A DNA stretch of 64,000 nucleotides, taken from positions 50,592,001 through 50,656,000 of the forward strand of contig OX597821.1 of assembly GCA_951406725.2 (NCBI GenBank), given 5' to 3'. This stretch comes from Octopus vulgaris (taxonomy: Eukaryota). Below, piece by piece: positions 41,900-57,696 of the stretch (the first letter of the stretch is position 1; each line of letters starts with the position of its first letter). A program made the translations under genes and the position numbers. The notes under the pieces are model-generated. The model was not told the DNA's origin. It searched no databases and saw only the letters and a list, made by a program, of their open reading frames with translations.

Positions 41900-43320
41900 A
41901 GTTTGGTGGCTTACATCGCGGATGTAGATGGTTGTGGATCATCATCATCAACCACTGACTCTGGCTGTTTTTGTTGTTCGATGTGCTTAAAAAAAACGGC
42001 TGAGAGTTCCTTGAACTGTCTACTGTCTTATTTTCCCCAAGGATTACATTATAAGGAGCAAAATCTTAGTGACAAACCATCGTAATCTTGGAGAAGCATT
42101 GAACATTTGGATCCATATCCTCGAACATAGAAAATCCTTTTTCGATATATGCAAATGCTTGCTGCATTTTCTTAATGGCAAAATGACGTGACTCAGGTTC
42201 AACTTCCTCTTCTTCTTTATTTTGCTGTTCGTGAAGCTCTATCAAATCCTTGTTCGTCAGGAGCTGCTTGTCTTTTTCAAATAAATCTGTGAAATCTTCC
42301 TTCTCCAAATCCATTCCCAGTTCTTTGCTTGTAGTCACCAACGTTTTGTTGATGATAACATTATCAAACCCCTTAAAATCATTCACGAATTGCGGGCAAA
42401 TCTTCTTCCATACACCATTCATAACCGTGCTCTGTACATCAGTCTAAGCCGCTGCTATGCTCTGTCAGCCTTGTAGATATCGTATCTCTTCCAAAGGTCA
42501 CGAAGTGTGATGAACTCCTCAAGATCGGTTGTAGCTATTGCTTGCCGCAGTGTATGCTTCATATAGTAACGCTTGAAGATAGAAATTATTCCCTGATCCA
42601 TTGGCTGCAGAAGAGTCATGGTGTTCGGAGGGAAGTATTCGATGGTAACGTTGGGGCCAAAATCTACGATGTTTTGCGGGTGACCAGGAGCATTATCTAA
42701 GATAAGTAAAACCTTAAAAGAAATTCCCTTCTTAAAGCACTTCTCTGCTGCTGGGATAAAATGATTGAAGAACCAGTCTTCAAAAATAACAACAATAACC
42801 CATGCTTTTGAATTAGCCATCTATATAACAGGGAGAGATGCCTTGGGTATGTTCTTCAGGGTACGGGGGTTGTGTGCTTGATACACAAGCGATGTCTTTA
42901 ACTTAAAAACTCCTGCACAGTTACCTCGCAACATAATGGTCACACGTTCTTTTGAGACCTTGTATCCTGAAGTACTTTTCTCCTCCTTGGAAATGAATGA
43001 ACGGTCTGGCAATTTTTTCCAATGCAGTTTAGTTTCGTCTACGCCAAAAATCTGTTCGGAAAGAAACCCATTTTCTTCGATGATTTTCTTTTATGTATTA
43101 GGAAATTACGCTGCAGTTTGTTCATCAGTTGAGGTATTTACACCTTGCTTCTTAATGGAGTGATAACGTCTTCGCTCCTTAAATCTCATGAACCACCCCT
43201 GATTTGCCTTGAACTCTACATATTTCTAATCTGGATGTTTTTTCTTCAGGTCCTCAAAGACAACGCTTTCTCTTGAATGATTTCTTGACTAATAGCAACA
43301 CGCTGACGATATAACCTAAC
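41900..43320 (-). mobile_element. pogo/Tigger-like DDE transposase pseudogene
   Basis: MPDRSFISKEEK, KERVTIML, KVLLILDNAPGHP and PPNTMTLLQPMDQGII in split ORFs 42066-43012. Confidence 0.9.
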
Positions 43321-43403
43321 AATTCAAAGAGAAAGAAGACTTTTCATTACTTCAAAGATTTTGCCTCTTTTCTTATATATATGTACATATATATGTACAT
43401 ATA

Positions 43404-43454
<51 letters not shown>

Positions 43455-43529
43455 ACCTAGCTGAGACGCACAGATACACGCACACAAGCACGCGCATGTA
43501 CCTTACGCTCACACAACTCCAAACACCCC

Positions 43530-43965
43530 CACACGCATACATTCACACACACACATACATAGATACATTCATACATACACACATACACACACACGCATAC
43601 ATACATACATACATACATTCATACATACATACATACATTCATACATACATACACACACACACACACACATACATACACACACATACATACACACATACAT
43701 ACACACATACACATATGCACACATACATACATTCACACACACACATACATACACACATACATACATACATACACACACATACATATACATGCACACATAC
43801 ACACACACATACCCACACACACACGCACGCACACATACATACACACATACATACATACATACATACATACATACACACACGTACACACATACATACATAC
43901 ATACATACACACATACACACACACAAACATACATACACACACATACACACACACATACACATACA

Positions 43966-44011
<46 letters not shown>

Positions 44012-44629
44012 TATACATACATACATACACACACACATACACACATACACGAATACACACATACATAGATACATACACACATACACACACATACATATAC
44101 ATACATACACACACATACATATACACACATACGTACACACACGCACATACACACATATACGCATGCACACATACATACATATATACACATACATACACAC
44201 ATACATACGCACATACATACACACACACACTTACATACATACATACACACACACATACATACACACACACATACACACATACATACACATACACATACAC
44301 ATACATACATACATACACACATACACACATACACACACACACACACATATATATATACATACACACACACACATACACACATACACACATACATACATAC
44401 ACACACATACATACATACATAGACACATATATACATACACGCACATACATATACATACATACATACAGACACACACATGCACACATACACGCATGCACAC
44501 ATACATACATACACATACATACACACACACACACACTATACACACATACACACATACATACATACACACACGCGTACATATATACACACACACACACACA
44601 CATACACACATACACACATACACACACAC

Positions 44630-44660
<31 letters not shown>

Positions 44661-45680
44661 TACATACATACATACATACATACATACATACACACATATA
44701 TACACACACATATGTATATACATACATACACACATATACACATACACGCATGCACACATATATACATACATACACACACACATACATACACTACATACAT
44801 AGATACATACATACACACACACATACATATACATACATACGTACACACACGCACATACACACATACACGCATGCATAAATACATACATACACACATACGT
44901 ACATACATACATACATTCATACATACACACACACACTTACACACATACACACACACATACATACGTACGTACATACATACATACACACACACATACATAC
45001 ACACACATACATACATACATACATACATACACACATACACACACACATACACACATACATACACACACGCATACATACACACATACACACACACACACAC
45101 ATACATACATACACACACGCATACATACATACATACACATACACACACATACACACATACACACATACATACATACACACATATAAACATATAAACACAC
45201 ATATAAGCCTCTACATTGTACACACACGCACACATATACACATACATTCACTCGCACGCACGTACACACACACACACATTTACATATATATACTATACAC
45301 GCACACACACATACACACGTACAAACACACACAAACTCACATACACACCGACAGATATACATACACACAATATACACCTATCCGCGCACGCACACATACA
45401 CATAAACACATACAAACGCACACATACACGCACACACATACACGTACATACATACACACTCACACAAATGAACCCACACATACATCCCTACACACACACA
45501 CGCACGTACAAGCACACACGCACGTACAAGCACACACGCACACATACACTAGGTTAAGCAGTTACTCGCCACACACCCACACTCTACGCATACACACACG
45601 AACACACACATGCACACACACACACTACAAACAACACACACACATGATACATATATATACACGCACACACATATATACCC
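43530..45680. repeat. ~2.1-kb compound (CA)n/(CATA)n microsatellite field
   Basis: Low-complexity tract; the long HT/YI/CV ORFs here derive from it. Confidence 0.95.
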
Positions 45681-46004
45681 CTTTGTTTTCTGACCTGGCT
45701 TTGACCTGGCTGGATACAAACAAGCTAGCTGTCATAAAGGAGTGCCTTATGACAGCTAACTTGCCATGCTTTATTCACCATACATACACACACACACACA
45801 CGCACGCACGCACAAACACACTTGTCATCCTTGCACACACACACACACACCCACACACATTCTTTTTTTTGAAACTCTTGTTTTTAAAAATCATGATTCG
45901 TCTACCTCTCAACTTCTGTTCTTTCAACATGTGATCTCTTGAGCACCACCAGCTTAAATATTTTTTTCCTGTGTCTTCCCTTCTTGGGATCTTTCCTTCT
46001 CCTT

Positions 46005-46039
46005 GTTTCCGACGAAGAGCTCCGCTCGAAACGTTAAAC
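46005..46039 (+). ncRNA. Minimal type I hammerhead-like motif (core U4C) in repeat ~45960-46133
   Basis: gttt CCGACGA a gagc-tcc-gctc GAAA cg TT aaac. Confidence 0.6.
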
Positions 46040-46137
46040 CCTCCTTCCCTTCTTTCCTGAGCGTCAAATAATACTTTAATTGTTCCACGTCCTCGCGTTG
46101 CTGTTCTTTCTGTGTTTTCTTGTTTGGATTAACTATG

Positions 46138-46200
<63 letters not shown>

Positions 46201-46267
46201 TACAGATTTATTTCACTTTCTCTCGAAAGACTCTTATAACGTCAGCATTAGATATATATATATATAC

Positions 46268-46555
46268 TCTCTTTACTCTTTTTACTCTTTTACTTGTTTC
46301 AGTCATTTGACTGTGGGCATGCTGGAGCACCGCTTTTTAGTCGAGCAAATCTACCCCAGGACTTATTCGTTTTAAGCCTAGTACTTACCCTATCGGTCTC
46401 TTTTGCTGAACCGCTAAGTTACGGGGATGTAAACACATCAGCATCGGTTGTTAAGCGATGTTGGAGAGACAAACACAGACACACAAACACACACATATAT
46501 ATACATATACATAGATACGACGGGCTTCTTTCAGTTTCCGTCTACCAAATCCACT
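46268..46555 (-). mobile_element. SINE family C, 5'-truncated
   Basis: Reverse of the family C tail including (TCTTTTAC)-type repeats. Confidence 0.85.
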
Positions 46556-48576
46556 CTCTTGTAATATAGAGCCTGTGCATATCACTGTTTCTTTGAAGGC
46601 TCCCAGCTGATGACAGGAACCTGCAGGTTTTAATATCCTTTGAGTGGATTTAATCTACAAGCCAGCAAACTACTTCAAGTGCCAGTAACATTGCTGGTAT
46701 TGAAAATGCACGTATAATTCTGAGAAGGATTTTTTTTAATGAAGATATGTTTCTTCATTCTCTGATATACAGCTTGTGAATGAGAAGCAAACTTGTGCAT
46801 AATACCGGCCTGATGACGTAGTTTCTTTTTGGCCGATAACAGTTTTCACTCAATGATGTGAGTTTTAGTTTTAAAGTTTTTAATTTTTTCTGAAAAGTTT
46901 GGCGTGTCGAATCTTTGCATAGTTACTTTTATTAATTTCTCTTAAGATGTTGTTTTGTTAGTCCAGTATGTGTTATATATTTCCACGTGATATCCAACTA
47001 GATTCTCGATAAATTTTGGCATGTAAGAAGTTGTTACTTAATGACAGTTTAGAGAAATTGAAATAATGTCAAAGTGCAGTTTTAAATAGTTTTTAAGCTG
47101 GATATAGTCCACTGTTGCATCTACAGGAAATCAGTTTTATAGAGTCAACATTATCATAACTCAACTCTTAAATATATATATGAGTTGAGTTATAGTAATG
47201 TTGGCTACAGTTTTTACCCATCTCTTCTACGGTGACTTTTGGTTAATTTTGGACGTCTTCAGAAAAATAAGCTAATATCACAAGAGTTGGAATAACAATT
47301 ACTATCTGTGAAAGCCATCTTTCGGACAAAGCATAATGTCATTTGCAGAATTTGTTTAGTCATGAACTATTTTTTTACTGCTTAGTCAAGGAAAGATGAA
47401 CCCACGAGCCATTGTTTTTCAAGGACCCCGATACTAATGGGAGGAAGGGAAAGAGTTACCATTAAACTATAGTCCTGGTTCAAATACTTGCATTAATGTG
47501 AACTCCACTGAAATCACCCGAGGACATGTTGGTTGTGTTAAACTGGGCAAGGGCAAAAGATTATCTCTATCCTCTGATAACCCCGAACGTAAAGGACTGG
47601 AATAAATACTCCAAAATATCATGTCCGTCTTTCAAATAATTCCACCAATCGTCCTGGACTGGTCCTTTATTTTGTTGACTCCACAAAGATGAACGGCAAA
47701 AAGAATAGGGACAAGTACTAATTTTGCCAATCATTCTTATATGATTTTTCATAGCTCCAGACGAGCTCTTGATTTAAATGCAAAGATCAAGTGAAGTGAG
47801 CAGATTCTTACGTCAATTTAGCTCACAGGTTTTTAGTGTTTGTTTTGTTGATATCATCCATGATCGTAAAAGTGAATTTCCACGTGAAGAAAAGTTGTTT
47901 TTTGTAACCCTGTCTGAATATCGCTAAGTTGGTGGGTTAAACATGTTTCTCTCATTTATAAGGCAACAACTAAAAGACAATAACTGATCTAGTCTGAGTT
48001 AGGTTGGCATACTTGTTGATCAAAACGTTCAAAACCAATTTTAAATAGTCTTCTATGCCTGAACGTCTCTTGTTCACGGCTATGATGTGTGTATGTATGT
48101 GTGCATATGTGCATGTATGTGTATAACTGTATGCCTATCGATCATAAGCCGCTACTAATCTAATAGTTTAGTTAGTGAAATTAGTAAAGTAATTCGATAT
48201 CAGTGTAGTTGGAGAAAGGTTACAAGCGGAAGTAGTTTTCCATATGTCCATCTCTTTTTCATATACCGGATGTTCTTTTGCACAACTCTCCGTCATCATC
48301 CCATCGTTAACACTTCCTCTTCTCTCTTTGTTGATTCATTCTCACACCTTTGTCTTAGTGTTTCACATATAAAACCTGGAATACATATTTTTGTAGAAGA
48401 GTTTAGAAGTTATGACAGCTTACCTTTCGAAAAGCTTTGAGTGGCATGTGTGATAAAAGTTATTTAATGACGTAAATGAAATGTTTCTGTCCTGGAATCG
48501 AAATAATGTCTTAGATTCGGTTGATCCAAGCAGTAACATTTACATTACGATAGCTTCATACGACTTATTTCGCTGT

Positions 48577-48830
48577 GGAGGCGCCTGTTTTCGTGGTTAG
48601 GGCGTTGGACTTATGATCATAAGATTGTGGTTTCGATCCCTGGATCGGGCGACGTTTTGTGTTCTTGAGCAAAACCCTTCATTTCACGTTGTTCCAGTCC
48701 ACTAGGCTGACAAAAATGAGTAATCCTGCGACGGACCGGCGTCCCGTCCAGGTGGGAATTTATACGTCATGGAAACCGAAAAACCGGCCCTCATGAATCG
48801 GCGTGATTCGGGAAGGTAGCTTTACAATTA
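48577..48830 (+). mobile_element. tRNA-derived SINE (family B variant)
   Basis: Head and core as 5001-5247, different tail; a tail fragment also at ~49140-49247. Confidence 0.75.
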
Positions 48831-50586
48831 CTTATCTCGCTGATTTGTTGATTGGTTTTCTCAGCGGGTAACGAGATAAGAAGTAAAGACACTCAAGTTT
48901 TTCTTCAAATACATTGGTCACATAAGGAAAGTGAGTGGCTCCAAAGGAACTGCCTGCAAACTCACTGAGGTCGGTTCATTTAAATGTTGCAATTGTAAAC
49001 ATAATAATCGTGAGGGGCTTTTATTTGATGCTTGTTTGGAGTCACGTTGATAAAAGATTTGAGAAAAATGAACATCGCATAGTTTCAATTTCTATACATT
49101 ACATTATCATATGGTACAGATAGCACTAGGCAACAAAGTCTGAGACGGATCGACGTCCCGTCAAAGTAAGGAATTTATACGTCATGGAATCTGGGAAACC
49201 GTACCTTATGAGACGGCATGACTCGGAAAGGTAACTTTACCTTTACCTAGGCAACAACGTTGCATTTTTTTTTGTCACAGACATGAAAATTATAATTTCT
49301 TAATAAATTGGTGATGTTGAATTCAGATCTGTTTATCAAATTTTCTTATCATTTTTTTACTCATCTCTCACCCAGGTTTTATTATGTAAATAGCCTATGC
49401 TACTTTTCTGTGCCGTTTTCTATGATAGCCTTGCTTGGATAAAGTTGAGAGTCCTTTCTCCTTTCTTATGGGTTAGAGCAAGCAGTGGTGATTTATTGGC
49501 GGAGCTACCATTATCGCAGTTAACCATACACTTAAAGCACGCAGACATCAGTTTGTTACCACCGAAAGGTAAATTCCTAATGTGAAAGGAAACTTTGTTG
49601 TCGCCTCTTTATGTTTGAATGATAGAGACCTTTCTTTCTGCAGGAATATTCACTCATATTTCTGTTGATGTTTCCTTCATATCTACCTACCATCTACTGG
49701 TAGAAACACTCAACATGCTGTTGAGTGTTTCCATGTCCTTAGTTTTGTCTCATTTAGTTTTGTGAAAGACAATGAGTTATAGATGACATTACGGATCCAA
49801 GGTCTAGTGAATTATCAGTAATCCATTTGAATTTGTTCTTTACGTGTTGATCTATTTCATTGATCTATTTCCTCTAGAAATTCTTGAATGCGACCAAGTT
49901 TAATGTGATGTGATGAAGGATATATTTCCAAAGGATCAACCAATATTGGGTGTTGGACATTATATTTACTAACAATATACTCAGTTCTATATTGCCAGTC
50001 CTGCTTTGTGTAGTGGTTCCTATAATCTCTACTATAATCACCGATTCAAAAAGTACATATGATTTAACAAGCCCAACTATAAATCAAAGATCAGTGACAT
50101 AATATGCAACAAGTATTGAAGATTTCTCACTGGCATTGTGCAGTAAGGCAGTTTTAAGAGTAGCTTTGCGTGATTCGGTGTAAAGTTTCTCTTTGTTGTG
50201 GGGTGGGGGTTATATTCACAATTAATCTATTGAAGCACACCACTTATCTTACAACAAAAGCAAACACGTTTCTCCTGTTATGTTAAATGACGGATACTTC
50301 GTATGATGGTGGTGGGAGAAAAAGAGTGTGGTGTTTGGTTGAAGATTTCATCCATGAAGTCTGGAGCCAATGAACTCTGCCTTTTCTTTTGTTAATTCTA
50401 AACCGCTTACCAAGTCATTTAATGTGATCCAGTTGATGTGGGTGATTATCTATAACTGCAACATAGAGTCTATCGCTCTTTCTGTTTCCTTATCATTAGC
50501 TAAATCCTTAGAAAAAAAAACTGTTGTCTGTAGTCTTCGAAATTAATTTTTTTTGTTTGTACACAATAATAAAGATACAGAATAAC

Positions 50587-51113
50587 AAAAACGGGAAACC
50601 TATAATATATTTTTTTTCTCACAACGCGGACAACAGTTCAAATCTCACCCACGCTAGGGGTGGATGCCACAATATAGCCTACAGCGGCTAAAATTTAATT
50701 TTTCACGCAATAATGAATTGATTAGCCCCCCCAAAACGGGAAACCTATAATATTTTTTTTTTCTCACAACGAGGACAACAGTTCAAATCTCGCCCACGCT
50801 AGGGGTGGATGCCACAATATAGCCTACAGCGACTAAAATTTAATTTTTCACGCAATAATGAATTGATTAGCCCCCCAAAACGGGAAACCTATATTTTTTT
50901 CTCACAACGAGGACAACAGTTCAAATCTCGCCCACGCTAGGGGTGGATGCCACAATAAAGCCTACAGCGGCTAAAATTTAATTTTTCACGCAATAATGAA
51001 TTGATTAGCCCCCAAAACGGGAAAGCTATAATATTTTTTCCCTATTAATGAGGATAACAGTTCAAACCCCACCTCCTAGGGTGTGGGGCACGACAATAAA
51101 GCCTACAACGGCT
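50587..51113. repeat. Tandem repeat, ~137-145-bp unit, ~3.7 copies
   Basis: acgggaaa at 50591, 50736, 50880 and 51017. Confidence 0.95.
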
Positions 51114-51670
51114 TTAATAAGTTCAATATTAATAATATTAATAAGTTCAATATTAATATTATTAATAATTTCAATATTTCAACAATTACTTTCTTCCATC
51201 ACCGTTGAAAAAGCACAAAAATTTTCAAAGTTCTACAATGTTCAACAGTTCGAAAATATTCAACAATAAATAACAATTCCAATAGAAAAATTATCCAACT
51301 TTCAACAAAACGTTTGACTCACCGCCAAAAGAACACACGTCTATCCACGACAGAGGTAAGCAAGCTACCACACTGCCACGCTTGCGATTTTCTATAATAT
51401 TATTTTTATAATTTGTATATATTTATTTTATTATAAATGCAAAACAACACCGCAGAGGAATCGACGTAAGCTTAAATAATAAAGTGAGATAGGTGAACCG
51501 CGATATGGCGAGGAATTATTGTAACTGAAAATAAACTATATGCTTAATATATACCCATTATTTTAGGGGTATTTCATTCCCCAAGAATACTAGGTATTGA
51601 ACTAGTATTTCCTTGGATGTAATCATCCCTTTACGAGGTTAATATATCCTCTAATTAAATATATACATAA

Positions 51671-51749
<79 letters not shown>

Positions 51750-51751
<2 letters not shown>

Positions 51752-53125
51752 GAAACGATTCCTGGACGATTGTTTTATACTCTGGAATGAAAACACAGAT
51801 AAACTCCTAAAATTCAAAAACCTATTGAACAGCATCAACCCAAATATACAGTTCACAATGGAATACAACCAAAAGGAGCTTCCATTCTTAGATATACTAA
51901 TTAAAAAATTAACCTTAAAATAGAAACAGACATTTTTTACAAAGCCACAGACGCTAAACAATACCTACTTTTTGATTCATGCCACCCAAGACACACTAAA
52001 ACAAACATCCCTTTCAACCTTGCAAGAAGGATATGCACAATAGTGTCAGAACAAAATACCAGGAACTTTAGACTACAAGAACTCAAAAACACCCTAATTG
52101 ACAGACACTACCCAGCTCAACTCATAGAGGATGGGATCAGACGTGCAACAGAAATCAAGATAGAAACTTTGAGAAAAGTCCAACACAACAACACACCTTC
52201 CCCGAAAATACTGCCTTACATTTCCACAGACAACCCCAGAAACAAAGAAGCCTTCACCATCATCACCCAGAATTTACCAATACTTCATAAGGACCCCAAA
52301 TTAAAGGAAATTCTAAACATACATAAAATCATTAAAAGCTACAAACAACCTAAATCACTTAAAAAGATTCTCACAAAGGCAAAATTGTTTTCTGAAATTA
52401 CGGATGCAAAAGTAAAAAAATGTGGTAGACCAAACTGCGCAACATGCCCAAACCTTCTAGAAGGATCAGAATTCCTCTTCAAAGAGGGACAAAAATTCAA
52501 GATCAAATCTAATTTTACTTGTGCTTCTGAAAACATAATTTATGTCATAAGATGCTCGGGCTGCCACCAAAACTACGTGGGGTCCACGGGGCTATCACTC
52601 AGACGTAGATGATGACACTGCATCGACAACAGATTGCATTCCCAGAATACAGAATGATACCCTTTAGTGAGCATATTGAGAAATGCGCAAAGCATCTACT
52701 ACCACAATTTTTAATCTTTCCATTTTATCAATGTGCTATTGGAACACCAACACAAATTAGACTAAACAAGGAAACATTCTTCATTGAAAAATATAAGCCC
52801 AAACTTAACCACTCTAACATTCTTATACAGAGAAACTCACCCCATTAAATAAAAGGGACAAGAAATATAACGCGATTATCTCCCTTACACCGGAAGAAAT
52901 CACTTATTACCTCCCCTTACCTGGAACACTTCTTTACACTTCATAACGAAGACATAACACGATGTTTTGAGAAATTTGAAACGTTAACACGAAACCGGTA
53001 ATTTCTTCAAAAACTATGTCACTGTATGAAAAAATTTTATAACATTCTTCTGACATAATGACTCAAATATATTTTTTAACCTTTTAAAACAAGCCTTCTG
53101 TAGTTTTTTCACTTTTTACTATTTT
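51750..53125 (+). mobile_element. Penelope-like element fragment (RT C-terminus + GIY-YIG endonuclease), 5'-truncated and frameshifted
   Basis: From 51750 WKRFLDDCFILW...IQFTME...LPFLD; SCHPRHTK; linker CGRPNCATC; NIIYVIRCSGCHQNYVGST. Confidence 0.9.
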
Positions 53126-53126
53126 C

Positions 53127-53195
<69 letters not shown>

Positions 53196-53209
53196 ATATA
53201 TATACGTAC

Positions 53210-53270
<61 letters not shown>

Positions 53271-53305
53271 CATACACACACACACAATATACATATGCAC
53301 ATATA

Positions 53306-53337
<32 letters not shown>

Positions 53338-53452
53338 AGTATTAAATAAAGCGTATGTATCCTTATAAGTTTATAAGCGACAATATTGCTATTGTGGATA
53401 TTTCGGAAAAAGAATAAAGAAAAAAATAAAAAGAGAGATCAAGACATATAGG

Positions 53453-53497
<45 letters not shown>

Positions 53498-53817
53498 GTT
53501 GTAAGTTTGAAAGAGAAAGAGAGGAAGAGGGAGGGGTAGAGGTGGGGCGCTATGTATAGTACACACCTTTATGTTTAAAACATAATAAGACACGCGAAAA
53601 GCAGACATACATGTTGGGAACTAGCCGAAACAGGTAATATCTAAGTCTTATATACATTTTCTCATCACGACGTTTATTTAACTGATTTAGCAAACTAGTT
53701 TAGAGTCCACATCTCCCCCCCTCTCTCTCTCTCACACAGTGTTAATCTGTTATGTGTTTGTATGCTTATGTGCATATGTGTATACACACACACACGTGCA
53801 CAGACTCTCATATTCAC

Positions 53818-53871
<54 letters not shown>

Positions 53872-53986
53872 ATATGTGTATACATCTATATATATATGTA
53901 TAAATGCATGAGCATTTATGTACGTATATACACAGACATATATATATATACACACACATATTTATATACATATATATGTACACACA

Positions 53987-54027
<41 letters not shown>

Positions 54028-54196
54028 GTAGCAAATGTACGTATCTACGTAGTATATATATATATACATACATATATGGATGTATTTATATGAGCGGCTG
54101 CATCTATATATATGTATATATCTAAGTGTACATATATGTGTGTTTGTGCATACCTGTGTGCATGTGAACACGTGTATACGTATATTTATGTGCATT

Positions 54197-54227
<31 letters not shown>

Positions 54228-55338
54228 ATTATAGAAGTAGAGAGAGAATCTATAGTTTGTTGTGTAAACAAATCGACACATGTATACATACATTCCCACG
54301 CAAGCATATACCTAAACACATATTCTCGTTTGTACATATGCACATTTAGAAGTGCATAAGTCCGACAGCGCAAATTCAATACCTATGATTAGATATAATA
54401 TTCCCTACAATGTTAAAATAAGCTCATGTTACATTTAGACAACTGTAGCTGTGTATGTGTGTGTGTATGTGCATATGTATTTGTGTAGATATATAGACAG
54501 GTATACACATTTTTATGCATTATTGCATGTATTGATATAAGTATACATGCAAATATACGTGTGTGCATTATATATACATAATACAAATAAGAAAATGGAG
54601 GAACAGATTCATTTCAATCATCGACTTACGTATATTACCAATTCATATTATTTATTAACTACATAAATAGGAACATCCAAATCCAACAGAATAAAACAAT
54701 ATACATCAATAAGTAAGATAATACCCAGCAGTATATTGGATAACTGATATCCCATAGTGGGTTACACTCATAACCCCAATCTCACTTTGTACTTATATAT
54801 ATATATATATTTGTGAATCAGGACAACAGACACCGAGTTAAGAACTCAACTAATTTAAGAATAGTATAAAATAATGTGTATGACTCGAGATGCTTCCTAT
54901 GTTTCAGCGTTTGTTGTCCTCTTTCACAAGAGTATATCTGCTAGATCTGAAACCTAAAATGGATCCATAGCTCAGTTACGAGTTTGGAACCCTAATAATC
55001 CGTTACAGCGTACCTATTCGTTTAGATTACCATTGAACTAAACCATCATGTTCTGTATATATAAATATAAATACATATGACGATATTATTGCTTATAATA
55101 ATATCAGTGGCTTAGCATGCGAAAAAATATTCCATAACGATAAAAAATTATCAATTAATAATTAAGGGTACTAACGAATAGAATCGGTATGCTAAATATA
55201 ACAGTCAAAATGCCTAAACCACAAATTTTCACTTCAACACAAAGGTGAAAACGGGCAACTGAATAAAAATCCTAAAACCATATACCTATGACGAACATGA
55301 TCGACAATTGAAAAAAGCCAGACATATATATATGCATG

Positions 55339-55395
<57 letters not shown>

Positions 55396-55500
55396 CATAA
55401 ATATGAACAGATATATGTGTAACTGTCCGTATGCGCATGTATAAATATATATTTATATATATGTATATATATATATATGTGTATGTATATGTGTATATAA

Positions 55501-55531
<31 letters not shown>

Positions 55532-55566
55532 CAATTATATATATAGATACATGTATGTATTGATGT

Positions 55567-55601
<35 letters not shown>

Positions 55602-55659
55602 AATACATATGTAAGTATTTATGGAGATATATACATATATACATAAATACATATGTATG

Positions 55660-55708
<49 letters not shown>

Positions 55709-55832
55709 GTATATCTATATCTATCTATCTATACATATATATATATATATACACGCACACAAATATATACGTTTAAAAGTTGAGTGTATTACAAATATGA
55801 CCTGTATAATTTGTTACGCCAGTGTATGTGTG

Positions 55833-55869
<37 letters not shown>

Positions 55870-56010
55870 TAAAAATAAGGTGGCACTCAGCACATTTGGT
55901 AGGAATTTCTTGTATTATTTGAAAACATTTTGACTCAGCTCCATAGAACATAAAATTTCGTAGGTTCGTAGAACGAACCGAGCTCCTCAGGCATTTCGAG
56001 TTGATATATG

Positions 56011-56041
<31 letters not shown>

Positions 56042-56180
56042 GCATGTATATATATATATGTATACGTATGTATGTATGTATGTATGTATGTATGTATATA
56101 TATATATATATATACTTGTATGTGTATGTATGTATGTATATATGTATGTATATATATGTATGTATGTATATATATATATG

Positions 56181-56237
<57 letters not shown>

Positions 56238-56275
56238 ATATGTATGTATGTATATATATATATGTATGTATATAA

Positions 56276-56321
<46 letters not shown>

Positions 56322-56512
56322 ATATATATATATGTATGTATATATATATATATGTATGTATGTATATATTTATGTATGTATATATGTATATATGTATATA
56401 TGTATGTATGTATGTATATATATGTATATATAGATATATGTATATATATATATGTATGTATTTATATATATATATATGTATATATATATATGTATGTATA
56501 TATATATATATG

Positions 56513-56875
56513 ATTGATTGATTGATTGATTCATTGATTCTAGTTTCAGCTTATGAGCTGTGGCCATGCTGGGGCACTGCCATTTAGTGTTGCTACTTGG
56601 TTTCACTTCATGGAGGCTTTCTAGCAACTGCTATTTGGTGCATGAGAGAGTTCGATGCAGCTGCCCTCATCTGCCCCTCCTGCCGTGAAGTTGGTTCATC
56701 TGGGACACCTGACAGGAAGAGATCCAGCTTCATTTTAAAGACATCTGTATCCACCCCATGCAGGTCTCTCAGGTTCTTCGGGGAGGATATTGAAGAGCTG
56801 TGGGCCTCGGAAGCCCAGGCTATCACAGAATCTTGTCCTACATCTTGATGGCAGGTTTGGAGTCCTAGGCACCAC
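56513..56875 (-). mobile_element. CR1/L2-like LINE 3' end with (CAAT)n tail
   Basis: [30 protein letters not shown]; homologous to ~57778-58050. Confidence 0.85.
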
Positions 56876-56918
56876 ATGTATGTATGTATATATGTATGTA
56901 TGTATGTATGTATATATG

Positions 56919-56957
<39 letters not shown>

Positions 56958-57020
56958 ATATTTACATATATATATGTATGTATATATATACATATATATA
57001 TATGCATGTATATATATATG

Positions 57021-57101
<81 letters not shown>

Positions 57102-57130
57102 GGATGTATATATATATATATGTACGTATG

Positions 57131-57174
<44 letters not shown>

Positions 57175-57336
57175 GTTAAATAATAATAATGATAATAATA
57201 ATCATTATGATTTAAACGTAGCTTCAGACAAAATACCGCTAAGCATTTCACCCGGCGTGAAATATATATATATACTTGTATGTGTATGTATGTATGAATG
57301 TATATATGTATGTATATATATGTATGTATGTATATA

Positions 57337-57415
57337 TACTTTGATACTTTGATACTTTGATAGATTTCGGCCATTATTGGCCCAGGCCATGTCTAATTTA
57401 ATAGCACCACCTGGT
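57337..57415 (-). mobile_element. LINE/SINE 3' tail remnant with (TCAAAGTA)n
   Basis: Minus strand ggtggtgc...catggcct gggcc-aataat-ggccg aaat followed by an 8-nt tandem tail. Confidence 0.55.
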
Positions 57416-57440
57416 ATGTATATATATATATATATGTATG

Positions 57441-57473
<33 letters not shown>

Positions 57474-57696
57474 GTATGTATATATGTATATATATATATG
57501 TATATATATATATGTATGTATATATATATATATATGTATGTATGTATATATAAATATGTATAAATATATATATGTATGTATATGTATGTATGTATGTATG
57601 TATGTATATATGTATGTATGTATATATATATGTATGCATGTATATATGTATATATAGATATATGTATATAGATATATGTATGTATTTATATATATA

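Noticed and set aside
50587-51113. CRISPR-like periodicity
   Set aside because: Whole units repeat with no unique spacers, and the context is eukaryotic
51545-51635. Hairpin-rich segment with GAAA and a stem III-like helix upstream of the Penelope fragment
   Set aside because: Core reads GGGATGA and stem I does not pair
55921-55997. Possible minus-strand hammerhead (CTGAGGA...long stem II...GAAA)
   Set aside because: Stem I and the cleavage triplet cannot be formed convincingly; at best a decayed copy
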